From assembly GCA_020536535.1 (NCBI GenBank), contig JAHLWZ010000888.1, positions 1 through 58,422 on the forward strand: a stretch of DNA of 58,422 nt, written 5' to 3'. Of the stretch, positions 36,073 through 48,500 are shown piece by piece. The notes beneath the pieces were generated by a model. It saw only the letters and a program-made list of their open reading frames with translations, did no database searches and was not told the origin of the DNA. Position numbers and translations under genes: made by a program. How positions within the stretch are numbered: the first letter of the stretch is position 1; each line of letters starts with the position of its first letter. This DNA comes from Pelomyxa schiedti. Taxonomy: Eukaryota; Protista; Evosea.

Positions 36073-37880
36073 TTACAGAAAATCGCCGTGTTTGGACTTG
36101 GACATGAGGGCAACATATTGTGAAATGGTGGGTGGGATTGACGAGGTTTCTAAGGGTGAGGTTGTGGAGCCAGAGGACCCACTGGTTACATGTGTTTCCG
36201 AGGGTGTGCATGATGATGTTGATGTTACAAGGGTGGTGGACTTTTTTCTGCTTTTGTCCGGTTTCTCCTCTTCGTAATCGCGTTTGTGTAGGCTGAGGTG
36301 GATGACTTTGGTGCTGCATGGAATGTGCCACAGAGCTGTTCCGTTTTTATCCCAGGCTTTGACATTCCCATCCCAGTCTGACGAGAAACATCCACCGTCG
36401 TTGTCACAGAAAATGCAAGTTACAAGTGCATCAGCAGCATTTGGAGGGCTGCGGCAGCTTCTGTGAGCTCCAATTTTTTCCCAGACCCTGGATAATACGG
36501 GTACTGTGTACACAGCGATACTGCCTTCTACCATTCCAAGTGCTACATATTTGCCATTTGAACTGGTGTGCATGTGAACAACTCTGTGACCTATAGTCTG
36601 TATTTTGTTTTTGTGTCTATGTTTAACATCACATTACACGGGGAGGAAGAAATACAGTATATGGAGAGATTATGCAGAGTGCTGGGATTCGCAAGACTTC
36701 TAAGTGCGCATAGGAATCATAATCGGTTGAGTAATTGAAGATGCTTGCTGTGCCACAAGATACAATGAGTGTGTCTGGTGGCACAATGGCACAGCAAGCT
36801 ACACTCCATAGTGCGGAAGTATGGGAGATTTGTTTGAATGCTCGTAGCCAACTCCATACAGCAATATTTCCTCCCTGCTGGAATATCAAGTAGCTACCAA
36901 GCGCACCGAAGAGAACGGATGGTATTGGTGCGGTTGTGGTCTGTGGAAGAGGATGTGCAGCAAAGCCGCCTTTCTTATGAACTCGGGAATGGATGCAAAC
37001 TCCAGACTGCACATCGAAAAGTTTGATGAAGTTCTGGGTCACTGTGACAATCCCACGTCCAAGCACTTGATTTCCAACAAGACAAATAGTCAAGATGGGC
37101 TCTTGGAAAAAATCAATACGCGAAAATATACGAAAATCAAGTGATGGGTGAAAGTAGAATGAACAAACGAACCAACAATAGACAAGAACCACATCACTAA
37201 CCCAAGTTCCCAGAAATGACCGGGAGATTTGATGCAGGAAGTCCGGCATTGACATCCCATGGTACAACCTCAGATACAGGTAAGCTGTCTTTGAATGTAT
37301 TGGATCCACCGCACCAAACTGTTCCTTGGCCATCGCTTGCAAACGCTTGGGCTGTCTTAGAGTGCACTTGAGCCGATTTGTGTGCATGCGGAATATCACT
37401 GAGTGACGTGGCCATTGCTTCAGGAACTCCAGTAGGTCCCAAAAAGAGTTTTGAAAGCGAGGCCGTTGATGCCGCTGCAGTCTTACAAGCTGCAGCAGGC
37501 ATGGAGAAGACAAAGGCTGTGTTTGGTTGCACTGCGATCATTAGAGAGTCAGGTCTCTCTACAGCCCCACCACTTCGCACGTACCACCAAGACACTCTCC
37601 ATATTACTTCGCACGGTAAGTCCGCGAGAGGGGACTTTTCTCCCAACCTCGGGTGCTCTATAAAATAGTTTAAATCCAAGGGGGAAAAAAAATAAAGCAA
37701 CAGAATACAGTCAAAAAAAAAAAACTTTACAGTGCCGCCAAAGAAACGAAGGAGATAAAGGAGGAAAAAGACAAACCCCCGCACAAAAAAGCAACGAGAC
37801 AAGCCTTGGTCTTAGGGGTCGGTGCTCCACCCGGAACTCCGTGCGACGACACCGTCACCGGTGTAGGGTAACTGCTACGG
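36073..37880 (-). CDS. WD40-like repeat protein with N-terminal 'AFLCGEHPRLGEKSPL' motif; start codon unresolved
   Basis: 'GKYVALGMVEGSIAVY', 'CFSSDWDGNVKAWD', 'IKLFDVQSGVCI', 'GNIAVWSW'. Confidence 0.6.
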
Positions 37881-38047
37881 CTGTTTCCCAGTTTATTTTA
37901 TTTTCCTTTCTGTCTTCCTTGAAAGGCTCCTCTTCAAAGTCGTGGAACGATCTTGCATTCTCACCGAGGCTGGAGGAGATGAATGGACACAAGGCTCTGA
38001 GGGATTCCTTGTGATTGCTATGGCATAATTTGGCACTAATCCCCTGC

Positions 38048-41000
38048 ATGCCGACCAATAGGTGGTACTCCCAGTTTTCGGTTGTCATTTCATCTATTTA
38101 ACGGATGGACGGGTGGGCATCAGATCGACGGAGACGCTTACGTGACTTCCTGGCATGTGCTGACCCTGTTTCGCAAAGTACTTACTCGATTCGTTGTTCT
38201 TAATGGTCATTGTATGTTTGAAACAGAGGAAGAGGGATTTGACCTCGTCTACCACTTGAGTGAACCCATTTGCAAAAAAAGTCTCCCGTCTTCCAATCAC
38301 TCTTGGTTATCACACTTGCCTTTGCCTCGCCCAAGCAGTGGTGCTGACCGGCAGAGAGGCAATGGCGATGCAGCTACTGATTCAGCAGTGCCCCACTGCC
38401 GCGGGAACCCAAACTGCTTTTTGGGCTTGATTGATCCAGAACTTGAGCAGCTACTATCAGTTCGACGTCTGGCAGATCTGGGCAGTTTTACTGTTCCAAG
38501 TGCAGATGTGACACTTCTTGACTCATTCAGAGTCCCTCATGGGGGGATTTCCACACCAAACTTCCAACAACTCCGTTTAGAAGAATTGATGACAAAACAT
38601 GTCTCCAAGCGTGTCTCCTTACTCTGTCCAATGGCCATAATCAAGCCCACCCTTCGGATTAAGCTTGTTCTTCCTGCACTTAAAAACACTGCTTCATCCA
38701 GCCAAACAGACGTAATTAGGCCGATTGCCCCCTCTAGTGCTCTGCCTAATTCTGCTGTCCTCATTCCACCAACAAATATACAACTAATTGGTTCACCTGT
38801 ATCAGTTTCCACAGCCCCCACTCCTCCACTTCCATTGTCACCATTACCAGTTTCCATAAATTCACAGGCCTCGGAGTGCCAGCAGCCAGTTAACTCGCAG
38901 CAACAAAGAATTTTTGATTTTTCTGTACCATTTGTTGGACTATCGGTGCCATTCCCACCTTACCTGCCTCCCTCTTACACTACCCAGAATCTTGGAGCAA
39001 CCTGCTACATGAATGCAGTATTGCAATGCATATCTGCAGAACCATCTCTCTCACAGATTTTACTTGCATGGAATTCCGAGGTCATTCTTAGGGATAATAA
39101 ATAGTCTAACAATAAAAAAAGACATCTGAAGGGGCAGACCCTGCGAAATTGAAAATATGTGTTGAACTTCAGAAACTTGTTGCTGAAATGCATTTCTCTC
39201 TCAAAAAGCATGTTTCTACAAGTTCCCTCGCCCGCTCCGCCAGTATTGATACCAGAATACAACAAGACCCACATGAGTCTGCTTTTCAGTTCCAATGTAC
39301 CTAAATCTCATTGTCTTCCCAAAAACAGATTCTACAGTTTACTTTGCAATCTTGTTGAAGGAGTTTTTTCCAAATCCCTGATACTAAAAGAGAGGATTTC
39401 CTCTTTGCTAACTGGTAATAACCACTGATAGAAAGTATGTCTAATGTCTCTAAGGGGATATGGAGTACATCACGAGATGTACAATTTGTAATCAATCCAG
39501 CAGACAGAAGGAACCTTTTTTTGAAATAAAGCTTAGTATTCCAGTAATTCCCAGTCAAGATTCTTCAATTTCAATTTCACCTGGGAAAAGAAAGCAAGAA
39601 GCATCAAGGATTGCATCCAGGAATACTTCTCCGAAGAAACTATCCCAGGGTTACTGTTTTCCTAAAAACGTCGTGAATCTCTTCTCAAACGCACACTTTA
39701 CCCTAGAGACTACCGCTTTGATCGTTGTAAATGCCCTAACTCTGGAAAAGTCAGGAGAGTACCTACCATTACGAGATTTCCTGAGGTTGTTTCAACATGA
39801 TGAATTATTTTAAGTTAACTGCACAAGATTCTGAACTTGCAACTGGTGAGGTTTCATTTTTCTGCTCTATTTGGTTCTGAAGTCAAGGTTCGTGTACTCC
39901 TTAATCAGTAGTGCCTCACTTTTTCCTAGATTATGACAGAGATATCTTATCCCCAGTTCTTAGACACAAAAACCATTTTCCCGCACGCTAGCACGGAGGG
40001 GCCTCATCACATATATCAGCTCTTTGCTGTAGTTAGCCATATTGGCGGTTCTGCCCAGGGTACCTTCAATATTCCTGCCTCTTTCATCTAAGTTTGTCCA
40101 GGGGGTCATTACATTGGATATCTACGGAATAGGTTGTTCATATCCACTCAATTTTCCAAAAAAAAATCAAATAAAATAAAAGCCTCATTCACCTTTAGGG
40201 ACCGTTGGTGGAAATGTAATGATACTTCAATAACAGAATGTTCTTGCTTTCCACCAGACAATTCATATTGTTTGTCCTTCCCACATTTTTTTAATACCTA
40301 CACTGACAGATAATGAGACACCTTATATGTTGTTGTATCATTTGAAAGCAACAGCTCCAACTACAATCCCTTACTCTCCAGGTAGCCTCTACAGTTCTTT
40401 TTTCAAACTGAAGGGAAAAAAAAGCTGTGTCCCAGATAATTTCTGAAAATCAACAACTCTGGATGCAACTATCTGCATTGCCATCATTAGAGGTGAAAGA
40501 GAAGCAAGCCGTCGAGAATTGCTTAGATAACCTTGACTCGATGCTTGAAGTTCCACAATGATTTTTCCATACAGAGAAACTTACTTCTCACAGGGCTTAG
40601 CAGCTCCAAGTAATGAAGACTATCGATGGATATCCACTTCATGGCTCAGCTCATGGCTTAATGGTACCTCGGATCTTCCTCCCATTGACAATAAACCCAT
40701 TCTCTGTGAACACAATAATGTTACTATGTCTAAGCATGCTGCTCCCCTAAGAAAGCGTATTTCTGTGGTGACAACCTCAAGTTCATAGTAATTTCACTAA
40801 TGAGATTTTTATGAAGAGCATGTGGGCATTTTTGCAGGGAAACTACAGGGGAGGCCCTGAACTTTCACATGAGCATTGCTGTGTAGAGTGCCTCAAGGTT
40901 TTCACCCTCTTTTCTTAGGAAACCAGTAATGAACACAAGGAATGGGTCAAAAATAAAGGCACCTCAAGAACATACAAAGAGAGGAAGAAATCTGTTTTGG

Positions 41001-43022
41001 CCACCCTAACCAAATCACGTGGCTGGCCTGTGCCACCAGATGGTTTATACATAAGCAAGAGGCTTATTGGAGGTAATAAAGGGAAGAGTTCCACCAAACC
41101 TTAAAGCACCAAGATTGGGAAAAAACCAGCAGTTCTCTGAACTTCTCTGTGAGGAATTTAACATCTGATTTACTCTGTCCCCACAAGAAACTCGTCCCAA
41201 ACTCAAAAACCCTCTGTTTACCAGTTTCCCAAGAAGTGCTTCCACACTTTCACAACTGAATGCCTAATTTATTCTAGATTTGGGAGTATTTTACAGAACA
41301 CTCGGAAGGGGACAGTGTTGTACCACTTCTAATTCGTGAAGGAGAGTGCCCCATTTGCATACTGGAGAATAAACTATTGGCGGAAGAACTTGTTAATACA
41401 CGGACACCTTATATTTCCTGTTGAAAGTGTTTTAGATTAAAGAACGCGAACTGATTGGAAGCATAGTCAAGAATTTATCTGACCTTCAGACAGATAGGCG
41501 GTACATCCTACTTCCAGGAGGATGGGGAGCTACATGGCGCTCCTATGTTATGGGTCAATCCCAAACGAGGTCTCAGCCTCTGTTTCTCTCTTTTTTTTCT
41601 TAAAACCCTAGGCCTGGCCCTATTGATTCATCTGGTCTCCTATGTCCGCATAAAAAGGTTACTCTGATGATTCCAAAATTCATATTCTGGGAGACAAAAA
41701 GCATCAATTCCAACTTCACGGACAGTGCTCCTTTCCAACTTGTGGGATCTGAAGCATTCAGACTTCTGTCATTGAAGTAATTCTCCTTAAAATTTTGTTA
41801 TTAATTTCTCTTATTTTCTCAAGGTATGGATGCAAGGAGTCTGGCATCAGATTTATAATACACGAGTTCAACCAAAAAATTCCTTTATATATTCAATCAT
41901 TTGAACCTGAGCTGATTGAATACATCAGCGAACCCGAAGTTTGCGTACAGTGTGCAGCCAATTATCAAAAAGTAAAGGATATTGAACAGGCTCAGTTTTT
42001 CAATAAAGAGGTTCTTGTCAAGAGAGGTAAAAAGTTCTCTTATCTTAGTTCTTAACTTAAGTTGTCTTATTCCTTGTGTGGCACAAAGTTTCCCGTAGAT
42101 ACATTGAGAAGCTCTACAACCGTCTCACTGGCTATTCAAGTGCGCCACTTAAGTTACCATGTCCGAACCTAACAAAAACTCAGGTGCTTATATTATGGTT
42201 AGTAGTTTCACAACTGTAAGTGATCTAAAATTGATTCTATTTGAGACCATGGTACCAGTTTTTTTTTTTAACAAAGGAGTACTTAAGGCTCCATTAGGGC
42301 ATACCACCGAAGTCGCAAGTCATAAGCTTTGTGGATGACAAACGGGTTACCCACCAACTTGATTGTGATACAAAAACTCTGGGGGAGTATCTTGTCACAC
42401 CAAACAGTACCATTTACGTTGCTTTCTGTGCTGTTTATTTGTGCTCAACAAATGATAAATAGGTAGGAGGGTCCCGTTCTGAAGAAGAGGAAGAGGAGGA
42501 GGGTTTCCCTTCAAGCCCACAAAACACCCCAGTACCTAAAAAGAAACAAATCGCATTTGAAGGTGCCGTTGCATTACTGAAGATACTCGTATAACATTTT
42601 CGTTGCCAGGAACTGGGTTATCTGACTTTGCTCTCGGCTCTTCAAAGGGCTCTTCGACTACTTCCACAACCCAGGACATTACAGTGAGCACTAGCAGCAC
42701 TTCCCAAGAGATAGCACAGCCAACGCCAGCACAACAAGAAATAGTCACTACAACAACGCAAATTCCACCCACACCTCAATCACCTGGCACTAACACACAG
42801 AACAGAATCGACGATTCCAAGGCATCAAACACCGACTCCTTCCCCCCACATCCCACAGTCACCGTCCCAGTTCCAGATACCCCTGTAGTCCTAACCACAG
42901 ACTACACCACACAGACCCAGACTTCAGCCTTCATGCAACTGTGCCCACACTGCCACCGCTCCCTTGATGTCATCACCACACCAAACACCACTTGCTCCCA
43001 CTGTGGTGGGGTGCTACCATAA
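38048..43022 (+). CDS. USP48: Ubiquitin-specific protease, USP48-like (USP + DUSP + UBL)
   Basis: 'CRGNPNCFLGL', Cys box 'FVGLSNLGATCYMNAVLQ', His box 'VVSHIGGSAQGGHYIGY', 'WWKCND', DUSP 'WISTSWL...PIDNKPILCEH', C-terminal UBL-like segment. Confidence 0.88.
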
Positions 43023-43078
43023 AAAAAAAAAAAAGCAGGAAAGTCTACAAAACTCTCTTATTACATAACAAGCCTGCC

Positions 43079-43442
43079 TCAGTGGCCAGAACCAGGCATG
43101 TCAGTTCTTGGTCGCCTGAACAGCAAAATGTGGGGTTCTGGCTTGTGTATCCTGAGAGCAGAGTAGGGGGAGAGGAAGGTTGTTAGTTTGTGGGTTTGTT
43201 CCTGTCAAAAACACGGGATGCTACAGGTAGTGAACCCAGCCCAGAGACTGCTGAACCCCGACTGCTCTCCATTCCTGCTCAGTCATAAGCCTGTCGTGTG
43301 GTATCAGGGCCATTATGTCCGGCGGCAATGTGACGTGCCTTTTGTAGGTAAACAAGGTCGTTCGGTATCGACGACAATCATACCTGTACTCGTACACGTC
43401 GTCGTAGTACTTTTCACTGTATATTATGTCCTCGGCTGGCAT
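43079..43442 (-). CDS. CKS1: Cyclin-dependent kinase regulatory subunit, 2 introns
   Basis: 'IIYSEKYYDDVYEYRHVTLP...[36 protein letters not shown]'. Confidence 0.95.
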
Positions 43443-43644
43443 GTGTGTGGTAGTTAACAACTTATGTATCTTGGTCTTTTTTTTGTTTTACTTCGGTGAA
43501 TGGGGTTCTTGGCACGGAAAAAAAATCCAGCGTAAGTGAACTGTTGGGACTGAACTTCGTGTCTATGGATCGAAGGACTCGGCATTGTACAAAATATCTC
43601 TCTTTAAATCTACAGTTTGTTCCTGGTTCTACAGTTGTTGTCGG

Positions 43645-45353
43645 TCAGTGTTTGAGCCCCAAGCGGTCAAGAAGTTTTAACTGTTGTGCAACTCTTGCTT
43701 CTATCTTGCTACTCTCTATTGTAGTGGTAAGAGAGAGCGCAGAGGGAGGGTTGGGGTAGTTGACCAGATAGTTCCTCTTCCAGTATTGCGGTGGACTCTT
43801 CCACAATGTTGAGCGACTTGCCGAGTGACTCATTAAGGGTATTGATATGAACTTCCCTTTGGTCGGCCATTTTGCTCATTTGCGTGATATTTACATTCGA
43901 GAAAGTCTGATAAACCTCAGGTAAGGGCACTCTTTGGAAGTTTTACCTTCTTTGTATTGGCATTAATACTTCCAACACTCGATTCTAAGCCGCTGACAAC
44001 AAGGCGCAATTGCATGACCAATTGCTGAAACGAGGCGCACTGTGTTGTAGCTTCAGTTTGGTACTCTGAAGCCACTGCCACCTCCGTAAAGGTAGCAATT
44101 CTGGCTGTGGTTGTGTAAGTGAAATTCTCTGTGACGCTCTGGCGTACCTCGAAGTGCGGAATTAACTTCTTTTAGCTCCTCAATGTCACCGAGTAGTTTC
44201 ATCTTTCTTAGAGACAGTTGCGTGCATGTATTTTTCTTGATGGTTACCAGTTCTGGGAGATATAAATAAAATATAACGTCAATCGCTAAGTGATACCAAT
44301 TAAGGAGGAAAGTTCTTTGTCCTTAACTGCGAGAGCTGTGTAAATATCTAGTGATGAAACATCTGAATTGCTTCGTATCAATTCCTTAGGATCATCACCG
44401 AGTGTTGTGTGTTGCTGCTGCTCCTGCTGCTGCTGTTGTTGCAGATGTTGCTGCAGGTGTCGCTGAATCAATTCAATTTGTGTGAGCCGGGAATTTGGAG
44501 GTTTTGGTGATTCCTCAGGTGTATGTGCCTCTGGGGAGTTTGATTGTTCCATAGATTTATGGTGTCGATGGTGGTGCTTGCTCCCTTCTTTCGGTTTCTC
44601 ATTTGTTTCTTCGCCTCTCTCTTTACTGGCTGAAGGGGTTTTTGACTTGATAGCTCGGTCTTCTTCATTTCCACCTGCACTCTTATCCTCCACGCTCGCA
44701 CTATTGCCACTGCTCGCGCCATCTGATTCCCGACTGCCATCATTATCCCTCAGATTACTCTGGCCGTGTGAGTGCACGTGATTCGCATGTGAATGGCCGT
44801 GGGCGTGGGCGTGAGAATGAGTCCCTTGGGGTGGCGTCTTTGTTTTATGAACAGCACCATGAGGCAATTTGGCAGAAGACGGAGACGCCAATAAGGGAGG
44901 ACGCACTGGTGGCGGTGTTGGGGCTGCTGAGTTTTCAACTGGATCGTGATGTACATCAGAAGGAACCGCATCCTGAGGAGGAGTGGTGGCAGCAGAAGAG
45001 CGAGATCTACAGCGCGACCTTGGGCTTTCCTTTGCGATGCTTTCCAGCAGACTGGGGCTTGGATTGCGGTCCTCCGTAGTACCAAGCACCGGGGAGGAAG
45101 ATTGTTGTGGGTGTGGGTGAGGGTGAGAGTGGGTTGTGTGTGAATGCGAGTGTGAGTGCGAGTGCTTTCCGTGCGACGGTGAGAATTGCACCGCCGATGA
45201 AGAAAGCGCCGATGACGATGAGGACGATGAACGGGGGTGCGAAGGTGTGGACGTGTGCAGTGGACCACGCGGCGTACCGGACAACGATGTAGAAGTGCAG
45301 ACGGGGAGGGGAGGAGATGGTCCGGTGACGCTGTTTCTTCGTCCTGTCGACAT
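43645..45353 (-). CDS. Hypothetical protein: His/Ser/Pro-rich disordered N-terminus and coiled-coil C-terminus
   Basis: Long ORF 44286-45353 can be spliced through GT-AG introns into helical exons ending 'LKLLDRLGLKH*'. Confidence 0.6.
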
Positions 45354-45540
45354 ACAGTGCAAGATCTCGGTGTATGGGCCACTACCCCACCAACTACGTT
45401 ACTACTCGGCTTCGATCTTACGGTTTTTACGGACTTTTGTGAGAAATGGCAAACAAGATCTCCGAAGCGATGGAAACCGCAAATTAAAAACGAGAAATTA
45501 ATTTCGAGTGTCGTTGACACCGCCGTGTCCTTGCTGTCGG

Positions 45541-48500
45541 ATGTTTTTCGCTTTTCTTAGTAAAAAGGTGACACTATTTCCCTGCGTGCTCGTCTCTTGC
45601 AAGTGTTGGATATTGTTCATTTTACTTTTTTTTTATTCGACTGCATTGATGGCGTCTAGATCCCAAGCAATGCACCAGTAAAGTCACTCAGTTGGAGTTC
45701 ACACGGGTTTCTTTCCTATGGTGGTGATGGTGGGACGTTAAAGGTTCCTCCACTCTGAAGTCGGCCGACTTTCTCACGTGACTTATTTAGGTTCTTAAGC
45801 TGGAAGAACAAGTGACAAAGGACGTGGTGTCACGTGGGTTGGCTGCGCCCTCTAATTTGGTTGTGAACAAGACCCTTTCAGGCCACAGTGGTTGTATTTG
45901 TCACCTCTTGTTTAAAATCTCATACGTTTCAGGAAGTGTGGTTGCTTGCACTTGGAATGATATGCTTCGTAAGCTTACAACAGGCGACGAGAATGGCCTT
46001 ATCACTGTTTGGAGGTTTCAAAAAGGAGAATGGTATGAGGACATGATCAACTCGAGGCCAAAATCTTCTGTAAAGGATATGAAGTGGGATTCAAATGGCC
46101 AAAGAATTTGCTTTGCATATGAAGTGACCATCTCCTACCTTTTGTTTTAGTAGTTTTTCTCATTGTTCTAGTAGGATGGAATGGTTGTTGTTGGGTCATT
46201 TGATAGTACCCGCTTGTGGGCAAAGGAGCTGCGGATTCCACTAACACTTATTCAATGGGCACCTGATAACAACCTTCTAATTTTTGCTACACGGACTGGA
46301 GAGGCCTTTAAATATGATTCTCAAGGAAATTCTATTGTTGGTCTTCTCGGATATTGCTTGTTGTGCTGAGTACTTTTTAGGGAATGGTTCCTCTCTCTTC
46401 AGATAGCAGAGATCCCTCTCCAATCGTAGGAATAGATTGGTAAATAATTTTTGGAGCTCAAGACATTCATCTTCCACTTTAGGTATGACGGTACGTTTGG
46501 TTATATTGACCAAAAATGCCCTGCCCTTGCAATAGGTATTCTCTCCACCAATAGCAGCGAGAATAACTTTTTCTAGCTTTTGAAAATGGGAGAGTCCAAC
46601 TCATGGTCAATGAAAATGATCCAAGTAACCCTTTCTTGTTACCAAATTGGGTGACTTTCTGTCCATAGATCCTATTATAATTAGAGCAGGATTGACTTGC
46701 AGTACCGTCAAGTGGAACAATAATGGTAGCATTATTGCCATTGCAGGAGTTGTGAAAGGCGAGACACAGTGTTCAGTCCATTTTTACACTGCCTATGGGA
46801 GTCATTTGAGAGTACTTAAAGTGCCAGGTAGCCAAATATCTGCCATGGCATGGGAGAAAGGAGGGTTACGATTGGCACTAGCTGTTGAATCATTTGTGTA
46901 CTTCACTAATATTCGTCCACATTATACATGGGTTGTTTTTTTTTTTAGTACAGAAAAACATTGACGCCTTACTCAGACTTTCTTTGACAAAACCTTAGTC
47001 TACTCTTTCCCTGATACAGATGGGATCAATCAAGCCGTTCTGTTCTGGAATACTAAAACAAATGAAAAAAATAAACGGTACGAATATGTAGTTGGCAGTT
47101 TCTAACAGTAACTAGGCATTTTTCCCAAGTTCAATCCCTTCATTCCTGGGGTGATAAGTGTGTTATAGTTTCGAAGTTGGATGATAATCCCAATCAGTGT
47201 GTTGTTTCAGTAATTTGCATAAAATTAAGTCATGTGCTCATCAGGTGGCACTTGCACCTTTGCAATTCTATCGGAGGTATGATTGACTCACATGTAGTGA
47301 ATGTTGCCCCACTGCATGTGGCTATCACGGCAACACACGTTATATGTGCTAATACTGCCTTTTTTTATGTCTGGCAATTTCAAGGTATTTGACCCACCAA
47401 TACCACGTCCTACGACCAAGGCGAACTCTAAACAAAAATGCAAGCTGGGGAAGGATCCTTTCGAATTTTGAGCCCAGAGCAGAGAGAATCACATGAGTTA
47501 ATGCGATTCATCGACGACGCAGAAGACTGCAAGCTGAATGCCAATCCTACACGGTACATGGGTTTTGTTCCTCCAGTACTTAACAGAATTTGAATAGTAC
47601 ATCACCCGATCCCATTACTGCAATATGTGCCCGGGGCAATGTAGTCTGCATTGCACGGCAATCAGGTTCCATTTTCGAATATCTCTTACCCCGGATGGTA
47701 CCGTTCGTTCGTTGCACTGTTATGGCACATCCAAGAAAAATATCCCTTAACTGCAACGCAACGACACTGGCAGTAATTGACGACAATGTACTTTCTTTTT
47801 TTATTGGTGAGAAATCACACAGAGAAGGCGACTTTACTCTTCTGCTCTTTGGAGTCAGTCGGAGATAGAACTCCATCTCACTCTAGTTCCCCAGCGAAAG
47901 ACCCCTCAGGAAAACCCGCCAAGGTATTTTACGTATGACTCTCTGATTAAGAAAGATAAGTGTTAGACCCTTTGGAAAACTGGTGGAAAACAAATCGACG
48001 TTGATCGGAAAGATATCTGGGATATTGTCTGGTTTGTGCTGCTCTTGTCTTTTACAGCTCAATGTACCCAGGGCAGAAGATATTCCAGAGCTAAGTGCTG
48101 TAATGGAAAAAACCAGGATGTACATATTTCGTAATACAGATCCTGAAGATAGCTTGCCAAGCTCTGGATGTAGTAACTTCACTACCGTCAACACTTATTA
48201 ATTTTTCCCTAGACATTTGTGATTTTTCTAAACTTAAAGTACATGTGGCAATGCTGGATGATATCATGGTACAACCTGAAAAACCTGAAAAGTCCAGTAT
48301 TTTCAATTACGAAACCATTACACTTCGCGAGACATACGGTAATGAAAACCTTAAAGAAACTTGTTTTGATGGCGCCTCAGGTATCATCAACAACCCAGAA
48401 ATGCCACTTGATGATGCAGTCAAATTTATAACAAAACACCCGCACCCCAAGTTGTGGCGACTTCTGACTGAGGCAGCCCTTTTGAGACTTGATTTTCAAC

